Source of the DNA: an uncultured virus (IMG/VR IMGVR_UViG_3300025626_000016) | Lineage: Duplodnaviria > Heunggongvirae > Uroviricota > Caudoviricetes | Reading direction: 5' to 3' (one strand) | Length of the DNA: 64,000 bases | Virus record (IMG/VR): IMGVR_UViG_3300025626_000016 | In this document: piece by piece, positions 19,701 through 28,075 of the stretch | Layout: every line of letters starts with the position of its first letter | How positions within the stretch are numbered: position 1 is the stretch's first letter | Translations under genes and position numbers: made by a program | Notes under the pieces: model-generated | Databases searched by the model: none | What the model was told of the DNA's origin: nothing | Seen by the model: the letters and a program-made list of their open reading frames with translations, nothing else

Positions 19701-21740
19701 TATTTGTATAGAACCATTTACCAATTCAAGTAAAGTTTTTGGACCATTATCACCGTTATACCAAAGATCTGTAATCTGTATATCATCGTCACAATATGCA
19801 TTTTCACTACTTGCATACCTAACGGCCGTGGATATAGAACTAGCATTACTTTCACAATCTTTAATACTAGTGATCACTCCGTTAGCATTGATACCTAATA
19901 CTCTAGTTTTACTAGAATCAGAAACCTTTATGTATATTGCAGTATTACTTGGCCTTGTAACCTTATTATTTAAATCTTGATCATAATAAACTGTGTCACC
20001 TATTGATAATTCACTAGTATTGTTTGCATATGTTGTTCCACCATAAACATTTGTAGTTGCAGGTGCGATACACATAGCATCTGGATCACTACCAAACGAT
20101 GATGCATCCATTTCGAAATACGGAACAGCCTCAATGGCAAAGTTAATAGTTAGTGGAGCTGATTGTTCTTCTTTACTATCCTGGCCTATGATGACCCATG
20201 TATCTCCACCAAAATGGCCAAGATTAGGCGTATATGTTACCTCTAGATTATTAGATGTTTGTATTAATTGAATTGTACCATTTGAAACAACAGTATCTTC
20301 AATAATTGTTATAGCGTCGTTATCAGCGTCCTGTATACCAATGTTAAATACAACGCTTGAGTTTTGTTGTAGTTGTATTAATCCAGGATCTGTTAAAACA
20401 GGCGCAAAGTTTATTGGGTTTATTGTTATTGTACCAGGAAGAGAAACGTTCCCTTCTGAATCGGTCGCTGTAAAAGTAAAAGAATCTTGTCCGTATACTG
20501 CTGCAGTGTGAGTATAAGTAAAGAGATCACCGCCATCTGCGGCTAATGTTCCTTTAGTTGGCTGATCTACTATAGTATATGTTAAACCACCAGAAGAGTC
20601 CACGTTATCAGAAGCTTCTAATATAATAGAGAGCGATCCGTTCCAACTTATATCATATGCCTCGTTTTCTGGAACTGGAGCCGAAGTATCATTTACGTTA
20701 ACAACACGAGTTACTTCTACTGCGTCATTATTATTTGAATCAGTTACGTTATATGTTATATTATATTGACCAACCGTTGTGTTGTCAACTGTATCACCAC
20801 CTACAACTACAAGACCAGTAAGAGTTGCATTGTTGTCATAATTATCGGTTGCCGCGAAACCAGGATCGCTATATGGATCACCAATATTGATATTTAGTGG
20901 ATTATCTCCTTGAAGTACAATTTCAGGTATTGTAGTATCTACGACACGAACTTCTCTAGTAACTTCAACTGCATTGTTTCCTGAGGCGTCACTAACATTA
21001 TATGTAATTGTATAAACACCAACAGTGGTTGGATCTACATCATTGAAAACAACAATGTTACCAGAAATGTCACCATCTACATCATCTGACGCAGTAGCAC
21101 CTTGATCGATGTAGGGACCTGCAAAAAATGGATCTACCTCGATAGTTACTATAGCATTACCAGTGAGTGATATTACGGGAGCAACCGTATCTGGAACTGG
21201 TGTTGGTTGTACAGTTGGAGCTGGTGTTGGAGTCGGAACTACATTTACAGTTCTAATTACCGTAGCTGCGTTAGGATATGTATATGTTACTGTATAACTA
21301 CCAGGAGTGGTGTCATCTACTTGATTGTCTATGACTATAGTTCCACCAGTACTATACTCCTCTTCTAAAGTAGCACCCTGATCAGTATATGTGGTGCCTG
21401 CTTCGTGATCATCAATAAGATTATTACCATTTAACGTAATTACAGGAGTACAAAACGGTGCGCCACCACTTGTATCATTTGAGAATAACTCTTTAACTTC
21501 ACCATTTGAGTCTATTCTTAATACATATAAACCTAGTTCTGAAATATACCATTTATCTTGTCCGTCCCATGTAAGAGTTTGAGCGATATCTGAATATAAG
21601 AATGTTCCCGAATTTGTACCATCGTTTGCAGTTAATGTTCCAGTGTAATTTAAAGTTACTATTCCATCAACACCACTAAAACACAGATCAGCTGCTTGAT
21701 CCGCACCATTATTAGAATTTCTTAATACAATATTTGCCAT
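13701..21740 (-). CDS. Giant (2679 aa) virion protein with N-terminal Ig-like repeats (DUF5011-like and cadherin-like)
   Basis: Repeats of PVI.L.G...Y.D.GA.A.D..DG....V....VD....G.Y.ITYNV.D..GN......R.V.V; cadherin/Big-like YTP....G.D.F units; long unique C-terminal region. Confidence 0.8.
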   Translation of the reverse strand: MANIVLRNSNNGADQAADLCFSGVDGIVTLNYTGTLTANDGTNSGTFLYSDIAQTLTWDGQDKWYISELGLYVLRIDSNGEVKELFSNDTSGGAPFCTPVITLNGNNLIDDHEAGTTYTDQGATLEEEYSTGGTIVIDNQVDDTTPGSYTVTYTYPNAATVIRTVNVVPTPTPAPTVQPTPVPDTVAPVISLTGNAIVTIEVDPFFAGPYIDQGATASDDVDGDISGNIVVFNDVDPTTVGVYTITYNVSDASGNNAVEVTREVRVVDTTIPEIVLQGDNPLNINIGDPYSDPGFAATDNYDNNATLTGLVVVGGDTVDNTTVGQYNITYNVTDSNNNDAVEVTRVVNVNDTSAPVPENEAYDISWNGSLSIILEASDNVDSSGGLTYTIVDQPTKGTLAADGGDLFTYTHTAAVYGQDSFTFTATDSEGNVSLPGTITINPINFAPVLTDPGLIQLQQNSSVVFNIGIQDADNDAITIIEDTVVSNGTIQLIQTSNNLEVTYTPNLGHFGGDTWVIIGQDSKEEQSAPLTINFAIEAVPYFEMDASSFGSDPDAMCIAPATTNVYGGTTYANNTSELSIGDTVYYDQDLNNKVTRPSNTAIYIKVSDSSKTRVLGINANGVITSIKDCESNASSISTAVRYASSENAYCDDDIQITDLWYNGDNGPKTLLELVNGSIQIFSNEYDSDLFTITNVVQSSIESGVYGDTDIALDVFYKRSSNNTWGENNNEPAGFEFECEKEVAQEIKQIIVQYLPNFDDPNLNEFCTGQYSGELEDVVLWFSRDVGAPAITTLLELGKSNIAIYKSSLGAQGQDPLDLFESNIFAVGNSDEYLAWDNLGDGKNLNWYGYDVNNKLAVGNNIFELGSCSTYNNRPDINISDLIEGDSANNNFYAFYSYTPEIEGPEGPDGGYTTEDIFWPVYVIDGLHTNTSGDTGSHIKDFIDDLTIGNVVVSNNTGECLSYVSRIIAEDIDDAVLLLKNNFNDSKIRPVVSSGIELGFSSEETINIYENNGAPCVLGSEIEINKTYTFPFVSGYDSVKAGPNFNTETNYKLDNVAKPLLRTNPKLSGNIKIVTDSSGTVYLESISASEKLAGIKYKKNPINPNGNYAKDVSSFFRATGTPSDLIYLTKRVNSDLTVHDSYNKQVEEEYQYGTTYNYSKNYDESYKMFAPIWADNNMPNNFVIFKVKDPSLLDSTHTNSSNADRISSMLKNAEIIKSFDLSKDSDLGKYIRSHVQQETFPKAPLTVSFNKNENTNYNGIDLKSGELTSKGEYIYKDFVETDKPLIEANDFITDGFKRNDMLCANILNLEFLFDDNEGSDYSVSRYFGLYVDTVDSGVGEINSVSNNVITFGKIDSLIDSTNSITAIPSYKQMSTSPTLGYVKINDIFYKISNSGFYNPSKLEVKVDGNNEVISKTIGISHVGRSVNLTRNEDQGFDFVKMTITGAPDSADKIAVLESREESYKFTFIKHAPGELINIKIEEDGIESDLFDNDIELGVDFETTVANIIAAPKDANLNITFDYNTKSVNITEIKTNLGNLNMRVVGAISSIVRVDQLQSNVNLQDRTYVSNYTLPKGTYKGQQFSNQGTTGDIASALASAIQNDEGELESYNVGSDVFVKTNVPGYRLKQHVVLVNKENVTDFIKVENEDLNNILNLKKGANSIKENWRAHYLNGGNTRNRSVFVDNTTLSEISVGDYLETNYKGIYNKVLDIVEDIDSVNSTRSKIILSLDSDINDGEARVFNNNIVHVGLFSVYDLYDMDFDFYDTSNSNLKELSLETRSNINYEPYESAILNIDPITSEFNSILAASDIFDDNYALEPVDYFSNLSGILSEETIDEELSENITSEFDRLKENELKEFATKSRVVPNINKWVLKDSLNVKEQPYYLNTNEAFGRTNFSPDLSAIGRNKNDMTHEWFYMDKNPKYLRYDELNQGFSYVNFIEDFELTSDLFKSTKNNYFDKFMISEGFEKNLNQEDLESIFQKFGEYTEGYLNPDDINNTFFKTELKKKYTLIDGGDTNAFANTIFKGLKVVLKNRKEFANKTALDFVKSSEFNGYKFSILLKTNTDTETNDIEFEVIQNKKFKYVIFFITMNLSDYWVKGNMNRKLLYELNHKIVYDHAGEDYIYANTSFDGALNWNQADFSGELPFTIEGIPHIDGSMPNFDDQILLGENGLYGDVLMDLYPETPGNTIYKFSIYTVEGDNIIKVQGKPVNVNDPSDILDVEFLPNYLQSKIKYYYKDGGTNIHKVLLEKLSINSVAEMINLNDDSVKYTTIEEDGEINTNRFTINFEDGNEIIKYATLSVEEDNDKPKSFKLFKGIIGYNLIKSNDAEYYPFLIRHSGSYTVGFKPVVTFTDMYTHFKSNRVQATVDNREAQFESFLYRHAMNDSYELKTAKSYYNRYNRCGTTFNVGLIIDNNIHDSSWGIIKNHFYHKVNEINPNGITKLSESSDKLPLYPLINEIAISKKDVNVFRSSWDANYYTRALSGGKSEDIPGTLDNTEEKSYLGSTAMKIKNEYDITSFTYQSVDSQEDLDFILKNGINKTEVTMFEDEKQIVADFYITDAATRLLRNDGVFDVINKYVNVEDSAGDKTTLVDDANFYINNNIIEKFVVDSISLYTRDFKGRPSSIINIYEDIRAGGFTPDNNFRFKSHKQKPMNFRLIYNKRLGYSYDIKPMIKIKS

Positions 21741-21820
21741 CTATTAAAATCTTTTTTGCATACAATACTTTTGTCTGTATTATATATCCAGATTTATTAT
21801 AGACTATCGTATGTCGTGGT

Positions 21821-24800
21821 TTATCTGGCGAATCTAGTTAGCTTCGCGGCTCTAATAGAATTTAAGTTTTTACCTTTAGCTCTATATTTGGCAAACACTT
21901 CTAGATCAAATGAGAATTGTTGATCATATTTGTCAAAAATATCTAATCCTATTTTCTTAGTGTATGTAAGATTTGGGAATCTTAACTTAGCTTGACCACC
22001 TACTCTACCAATATCAGAATCAGGATCATTACCAAAATAATCTGTCATTCTATACTGAAATATAATATCAACTGAAAGAGCATTAGAACTATCTAAAGTA
22101 CCAACCTTCTTTTTAATACTTTTTCTGCTTTGTTTAGCATCACCTTCAACTTTTAAAGTATCTAAATTAATAGGTGACAAAAATAAGAATGCTCCACATG
22201 AACGTCCACCTAAAAGAAATTGATCATTTGCATCAAATGACATTTTAAATGTTCTATCTCCAGATTTAATAAAATCGTCTGTGGTTTTTTGAAATGCTAA
22301 TTGTTTTGTAGCTTTAACTGCATCCACCAGTGGCGATGAAAAACTTGAGCCTATCAGTGGATTATTATAAACAAATGTTGTTCCAGTTGCATATGTAGAA
22401 GTAATTGGCATTGTATAAAGCGCATTATCTACAACATCTTGTAAATTAGCTTTCTGATCTGCCAAAGAAACACTACCTGAATTAGGTGCAGTTTCAGAAA
22501 CATGTGAATATATGTTCTCTAAATCTGGATGGTCCTTGTGAAGATATAAGCCATTGTTATAATTTGCAGCACCTATAGTTCCAATACTACATACATCTAT
22601 TTTATCAGGTTGAAAACCTTCGCTTAAGTCTGCATTTGTAGAATTATTATGTGTGCCAAACGTTCCGGTCCAGATAAAATCTACTGAATTACCATTACCA
22701 GTTGGTTGGTTAATACTGATTGCATTTGAATCACCCTCAAATATAGCATATCCTAAACCATATTCATAACTATTAAAATTTGCCTGTCCACTGCCAAGTA
22801 ATGATTCAGTAACATATAGCGGATTTTGATTTGAAACATCCATGAATCTAGAATAAACAAATTGACCACGTCTTTGAGCCGATTGATATGGTGCTTCAGC
22901 TAATAAATCATAAGAATTAATAGAAGATGTGTTTATGTTTTGAAACTGAATAGGAACTAAATCATATTTACCTTCAGATGTATAATAATTATCTGACGAA
23001 ATTTTGTTATCTGTATCAGCAACTCCTAAATCATTTAATTTTACACCAAATCCATTATCAGCAATGCTAGTACCAGATGCACTAGATCTATATGCTGGCA
23101 AGTTTCTATCTCCAACTAATCTTGAAACTAATTCAAGTTTAGTAGCTTTTGTGTTTTCTAATAGAAGTTTAAATGTCTTTGTAACAATGTGTCCTTTTTT
23201 AACAGTAAGACTCGCAACCTCGTCAGTATAATAACCAGCGAATATTTGGTTTTTGGTGTTATTATTAATAACGGTAACTGTACCGTCTTCATCCATTATT
23301 TTAACAACTAATTCACCTATTTCAACTTCTACAGTACCCTTAAGTTCTGAAATTTGTAATTCTAACTCAGCAATTTTATCATATACTGAGATGGGTTTTT
23401 GTTCAGCTGATAAGAATCCCGATGCAATTGATGTTGCGTTATGTGCATAGTATTTTTCATTAGCACTAAATGAATCATCAATATGTGTAAATACACCCTT
23501 AGAAGTAAGTTCTTGAGATATTTTAACAGACGCTGTTTCGGCCGCGTTTGACATTAACAATGCATCAACGTTAGTAGTGTCAATTTCTGTAATAGGAAAA
23601 TCAATTGTAATTGATTCTGACCAATCAGAATATATTGGGTTTGCAGGATATCCAGCTTCAGATACTGATTTAACTCTAATTTCAACTAATTCACCTTCGT
23701 TAATTGCAAGATCTAATTGATTAAAGTTTACCTCTTGTGCATCTTCTACTAAACTATCTTTCCACTCAAATTTTCTAGTGATAGAATTTCTGTATCTAGA
23801 TCTAACTTTAGTTTCCATTTCATTCCAGTTAGAAAAGACTGCTGTTTTTTCTCTTGTTCCATCAGTAAATGGTAGTTGAGTAACTTCACTTGCTTTTCCG
23901 CTAGTTGACAAATATCTATATTGTACAACAAATCTCACAATGTTTTGATCCAATGTATCAGCAACTTTCTTTGCCACTGGAATTTCCCAGAAACCTCTAA
24001 CTCTATATTTAGGGGCAATTTTTGGAGCATTACTTCCAGATGCTAATGACTGAATTTGATTTACGATACTATTGTATAAACTAGTTTCACTAGTTCTCTC
24101 TGTAATAAGTGAGTTCAATTCGTTTCTATCTTTATCCTGCTGTATCGAAGATTCATATTTTTTAGTAGAAATTTCAGAACGTTTCTTAACAATAGTTTCA
24201 TCTAATTTCTTAATCTTTTCTTCTACATTAATTTTATCAGCAGATAGCTTTTTGATTTTATCAGCAGTATCATTAGCTGTCAAGTGAGAGTTAATTTGAA
24301 CTACTTTAAAGTTATTATTATTTAAAGAAGGTGCATCAGGTGTAATACCCTGTGCAGCTGGAGGAATAGCATCTTCCTTAAGCGCAGTAATATATTTACC
24401 AAAATCAGCAACTTCCGCTTTGTAATAATCATCTAATCTAATTGATGATCCATCGGCTTGAATTAATGTTAATTCATTTGAATAAAATCCAATACCTGGT
24501 GACCAGTTTTCAGCCAATATTTTAGAATCTGAATCTATGGCTTTAACAAAAACCAATGTTCTTTCATTAAATCCTACATTAATGTCTATGCTTAAGTTAG
24601 CCTCATTGTTTTTATATATGCCCAGCTGATTAGCACCAATCTTAATAGATTCATATCCTTCTACTATTAATAGTTCAACCTGATTAGTCGAACCATCGAT
24701 TCTAGTTATTTTATACCTGGTATTTCTAGCACCGCTTTGAACCATAAGTTCATCTCCAACTTTAAGTGCTTCAGTATCTTTTAGATCCTTGTTAGAATCA

Positions 24801-25537
24801 GAGTACGTTAAAGAATCTATCGTATATAATTTTATAGCTTTCTTTTTAGTAACACCATCAACTAAAACTTCTCTTTTAGAATTACTAATTTTTAACACAT
24901 CGAATTTACCAGTAAATTGTGCTGTTCTATATGGAAGATCACGAGTATCTTCATCTAATATATATGTTAGGCTATTATTTGCAATATCTCTAATTACAGT
25001 GTTATAGTCTAGGTTTTCTTTGTTTTTAAAATTAGTATTAAAATATTCAACAGTGACTGCGTTTGTAGAATCAAATAAAATTCGTTTTACTAAAACTCTT
25101 TCAGTTTCATTTGGAATTTGCCCACTAACATTAATACTAGTTGTAAGTAAAGGATTTAAAAAGTCTTCAAAGAAATAATTAGGTTTTGTACCAAAATTAA
25201 CTGGTCTAACAAAACTAGTTATGTCATTTGCAGGAGTTTTTAATCGTGTTGTAATAATACTTTGATATGTGCCATCTGGTAATTTAATCCTAGTATTTCC
25301 CTTTCCTAAACCAGCTAAAGATTTTAAATTAACATCTAATCTTTCTAATTCTCTTTTCATGTAACCAAATGAAGGCACATAAACCGTTTTGGTTCCATCT
25401 TCAGTTAGTAATTCAAGAGGTACGTCTTTTTGATCTGTAGTTATCGCCTCATTAATTCTTTCAAATGTCTTTAAAGAATTTGAATTAATTTCAAGTAGTT
25501 TCTTGAGCGAATTAGAAATAGAGTTATTAGTATTCAT
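21821..25537 (-). CDS. Large structural protein (baseplate/tail-associated) with central coiled coil
   Basis: 1238 aa; coiled-coil segment and FN3-like EIRVKSVSEAG...SDWS motif; structural module context. Confidence 0.7.
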   Translation of the reverse strand: MNTNNSISNSLKKLLEINSNSLKTFERINEAITTDQKDVPLELLTEDGTKTVYVPSFGYMKRELERLDVNLKSLAGLGKGNTRIKLPDGTYQSIITTRLKTPANDITSFVRPVNFGTKPNYFFEDFLNPLLTTSINVSGQIPNETERVLVKRILFDSTNAVTVEYFNTNFKNKENLDYNTVIRDIANNSLTYILDEDTRDLPYRTAQFTGKFDVLKISNSKREVLVDGVTKKKAIKLYTIDSLTYSDSNKDLKDTEALKVGDELMVQSGARNTRYKITRIDGSTNQVELLIVEGYESIKIGANQLGIYKNNEANLSIDINVGFNERTLVFVKAIDSDSKILAENWSPGIGFYSNELTLIQADGSSIRLDDYYKAEVADFGKYITALKEDAIPPAAQGITPDAPSLNNNNFKVVQINSHLTANDTADKIKKLSADKINVEEKIKKLDETIVKKRSEISTKKYESSIQQDKDRNELNSLITERTSETSLYNSIVNQIQSLASGSNAPKIAPKYRVRGFWEIPVAKKVADTLDQNIVRFVVQYRYLSTSGKASEVTQLPFTDGTREKTAVFSNWNEMETKVRSRYRNSITRKFEWKDSLVEDAQEVNFNQLDLAINEGELVEIRVKSVSEAGYPANPIYSDWSESITIDFPITEIDTTNVDALLMSNAAETASVKISQELTSKGVFTHIDDSFSANEKYYAHNATSIASGFLSAEQKPISVYDKIAELELQISELKGTVEVEIGELVVKIMDEDGTVTVINNNTKNQIFAGYYTDEVASLTVKKGHIVTKTFKLLLENTKATKLELVSRLVGDRNLPAYRSSASGTSIADNGFGVKLNDLGVADTDNKISSDNYYTSEGKYDLVPIQFQNINTSSINSYDLLAEAPYQSAQRRGQFVYSRFMDVSNQNPLYVTESLLGSGQANFNSYEYGLGYAIFEGDSNAISINQPTGNGNSVDFIWTGTFGTHNNSTNADLSEGFQPDKIDVCSIGTIGAANYNNGLYLHKDHPDLENIYSHVSETAPNSGSVSLADQKANLQDVVDNALYTMPITSTYATGTTFVYNNPLIGSSFSSPLVDAVKATKQLAFQKTTDDFIKSGDRTFKMSFDANDQFLLGGRSCGAFLFLSPINLDTLKVEGDAKQSRKSIKKKVGTLDSSNALSVDIIFQYRMTDYFGNDPDSDIGRVGGQAKLRFPNLTYTKKIGLDIFDKYDQQFSFDLEVFAKYRAKGKNLNSIRAAKLTRFAR

Positions 25538-25538
25538 A

Positions 25539-27476
25539 TTATCTTAAAATATCGGCTTCAAATTGATAGTTAGCGTAATCAATACACACTAATTCAATAT
25601 ATGGTTTATTTGTTATTAATTGAGTTGAGTCAACATTAAATATTAATTGATCAAAACCTCCAACTGAGTTTGTCCAAAATTTAATATTATTTCCTGACAT
25701 ATTTATTTCATCAAATGTAATTTTGAAAGTTTGTCCGTTTTTCCACGAAACTAAACTATCGTCAATGTATATATTAAGGTCACTTTCAGGCTCAGATGAG
25801 AATAATCCTTTTAAACTTAATCTGTTTGAAAACTCTTCAAGTCTAGACCAAATTGCAAATTTAGAAGATCCGTTCCCCGCTACTCCTGCATCAAATTGAG
25901 TTACTGTAGATAATTTAGTAGCGATTGTTCTTGCTGCTATATTCCACAGGTATGGGCTATTTAGTGTATAACCATCAACTGTGCTGTCAATTTTAATTTT
26001 ATTAGGAATAGTTTTATCAACTTCTGTACCTTTTCCGGCAAATATAATATCTGTATTGTATTGTAATTCTACTGGAATAGTCCCATCAATTAAAGAATTA
26101 ATTTTAGTATGTGCTTTAGTTATTAATTCTAAAAGAGAATTTGAGTCCGCTAATTGAAGAGAACTACTTTGAAAATCATCTTCTAATACTTTAACCTTTT
26201 TTGATAAAGCAGTTGTGTCTTCAGTAGAAGAAACAATATTTTCTATAGAATTTAATCTTTCTACAATAGCAGCATATCTATTATTAGCTTGTATTAATAA
26301 TTCGGTTGCATTTTCAAGGGCAGTTGTTGTGTCCATGAATAAATCCATAGAGAATGTTGTAAAATCATTTACACTTGTTTCTACACCAACATTATCTAAT
26401 GAAGAATTAAATTTAAGATTTAATTTTAAAGAAAATGCATTACCATTTAAACCTGTAACTTCGTTTGGTTTAAATTTAATTTGTTCGTTAATTTTAGAAC
26501 CAGGCCCATAAGCATCCTGTATATCATCCAAAATTAATATTCCATATAAGTTAGTCGCTCTATTCGCAGAAATAGATTCGCTATAAATATCATAGTATAC
26601 AAGGATAGCATTAAACGTAAACCTTTGTCCTTTTTTAGCAAAATCTAACAATGATTCTACTTCAACGTCATTGTTAATTTCTTCATATGCAGTTGCATCG
26701 AAATTAATTCCAACACTATTAGTAGCATTAGTTTGAATATTATAATAAGCTCCACTGCTTAACGTATATTCATCAACAACAGCATTCATGTTTATGTTTG
26801 GATCAGGGTGTGTTTGTCCCTCTCTGCCCTCTACATAATCACTTGCGTATAATTTTGTTGCAGTTGTGTTATAATTTGTTGGTTTAAATAAAACAGTTGG
26901 AGTGTAACCCACTGAAGTAGGTACATTAATATAGACTTCATGATATGTGTTACCTTGATATGCAACATCATTTTCAGCATCTATTGTTCCTAAATATTTA
27001 ACAACTCTATCATAGTTATCACTAGCAAATGTACCATTAACTTTTTCGGTATAATTACCAACAAGTGTTTGGTTAGAATCAGCTGCAATAAAATCTACTG
27101 CACCTAAAGAACTTAACCACTTAAAAAATATCTTTTCAGAATCTGATTGCAATATTATTGGATCATAATCATCGTCTTTTAACAACAGCTCTTCTAAGTT
27201 AAGTGCATAATTTTGGAATGTTTGTGCAAAATCCACATTGGGCATTCCAGCAATATATTCATCACCTGAAGGTTGTTTAAGATTTAATTCAAAATCTATC
27301 GTGTTAGAGCCATTAACAGAATCAGTAAAATCTGGAAGATCTAATAAAGCGTATTTACTAAACTCAAAATTTAAATCTGAACTATTAAAAGCCCTAGTCA
27401 TGTCTCTCGCAGAAGATGCGAAAGCATACATTGTGCCGCCCATGGGCTGCGGTATTCTAACTAGAGGAGTTGCCAT
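25539..27476 (-). CDS. Structural protein (baseplate-associated, hypothetical)
   Basis: 645 aa, tightly packed in the structural operon. Confidence 0.7.
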   Translation of the reverse strand: MATPLVRIPQPMGGTMYAFASSARDMTRAFNSSDLNFEFSKYALLDLPDFTDSVNGSNTIDFELNLKQPSGDEYIAGMPNVDFAQTFQNYALNLEELLLKDDDYDPIILQSDSEKIFFKWLSSLGAVDFIAADSNQTLVGNYTEKVNGTFASDNYDRVVKYLGTIDAENDVAYQGNTYHEVYINVPTSVGYTPTVLFKPTNYNTTATKLYASDYVEGREGQTHPDPNINMNAVVDEYTLSSGAYYNIQTNATNSVGINFDATAYEEINNDVEVESLLDFAKKGQRFTFNAILVYYDIYSESISANRATNLYGILILDDIQDAYGPGSKINEQIKFKPNEVTGLNGNAFSLKLNLKFNSSLDNVGVETSVNDFTTFSMDLFMDTTTALENATELLIQANNRYAAIVERLNSIENIVSSTEDTTALSKKVKVLEDDFQSSSLQLADSNSLLELITKAHTKINSLIDGTIPVELQYNTDIIFAGKGTEVDKTIPNKIKIDSTVDGYTLNSPYLWNIAARTIATKLSTVTQFDAGVAGNGSSKFAIWSRLEEFSNRLSLKGLFSSEPESDLNIYIDDSLVSWKNGQTFKITFDEINMSGNNIKFWTNSVGGFDQLIFNVDSTQLITNKPYIELVCIDYANYQFEADILR

Positions 27477-27494
27477 CTATTCTTTAAGTTTTGT

Positions 27495-28061
27495 TTATAC
27501 TATTGTTGTGTTGTGTGATGAGATGATATACCATTTATTATCAAAACATCTTAATGTAACTGTTGAGTTTAATCCTTCGAGTGTAATTGATGTAGCACCT
27601 AAAGTAGCTCCTGTACCAGATAACACTGATTTAGAACTACCGTCAACATTAACAATTGTTGCCTCTTGTCCATCTACCGCTTCCGGTAATGTAAAGTGAC
27701 TATCAATAAAGTAAGTAACCGCAGTTATTGAAACTGGTGTAACTTGTGTTGTTGGTGTAGCAGCAGTTCCTAAAACTCCGCTTTTTACTAAATCTCCATC
27801 TACTTTTACGGATGAATTAAAAATTGCAGCATTGCTAAACGCGGCACCTAAATTATTTACCACCAATAAGTTAGCACCGTTTTGTGTAACAGTTAATGAT
27901 GAAGTAGATACGCTAGCGATTCCACTTAAAGTTAAGGTAGTTGGGTTTAACAAGGCCGTAACAGATGCTAACTCATCATTTAACAACTCAAAGTTGCTAT
28001 TGATGATCGGTCTCGATGAAGAAACTGAATCAGTTCCTAAAATTTCAGTAATGTTTGCCAT
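27495..28061 (-). CDS. Short fibre/appendage-like protein
   Basis: N-terminal EILGTDS...IINSNF motif shared with 12308..13699; Thr/Ser-rich beta body; C-terminal TLP...GQ...W. Confidence 0.6.
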   Translation of the reverse strand: MANITEILGTDSVSSSRPIINSNFELLNDELASVTALLNPTTLTLSGIASVSTSSLTVTQNGANLLVVNNLGAAFSNAAIFNSSVKVDGDLVKSGVLGTAATPTTQVTPVSITAVTYFIDSHFTLPEAVDGQEATIVNVDGSSKSVLSGTGATLGATSITLEGLNSTVTLRCFDNKWYIISSHNTTIV

Positions 28062-28075
28062 TTTTATTGTTTTTA

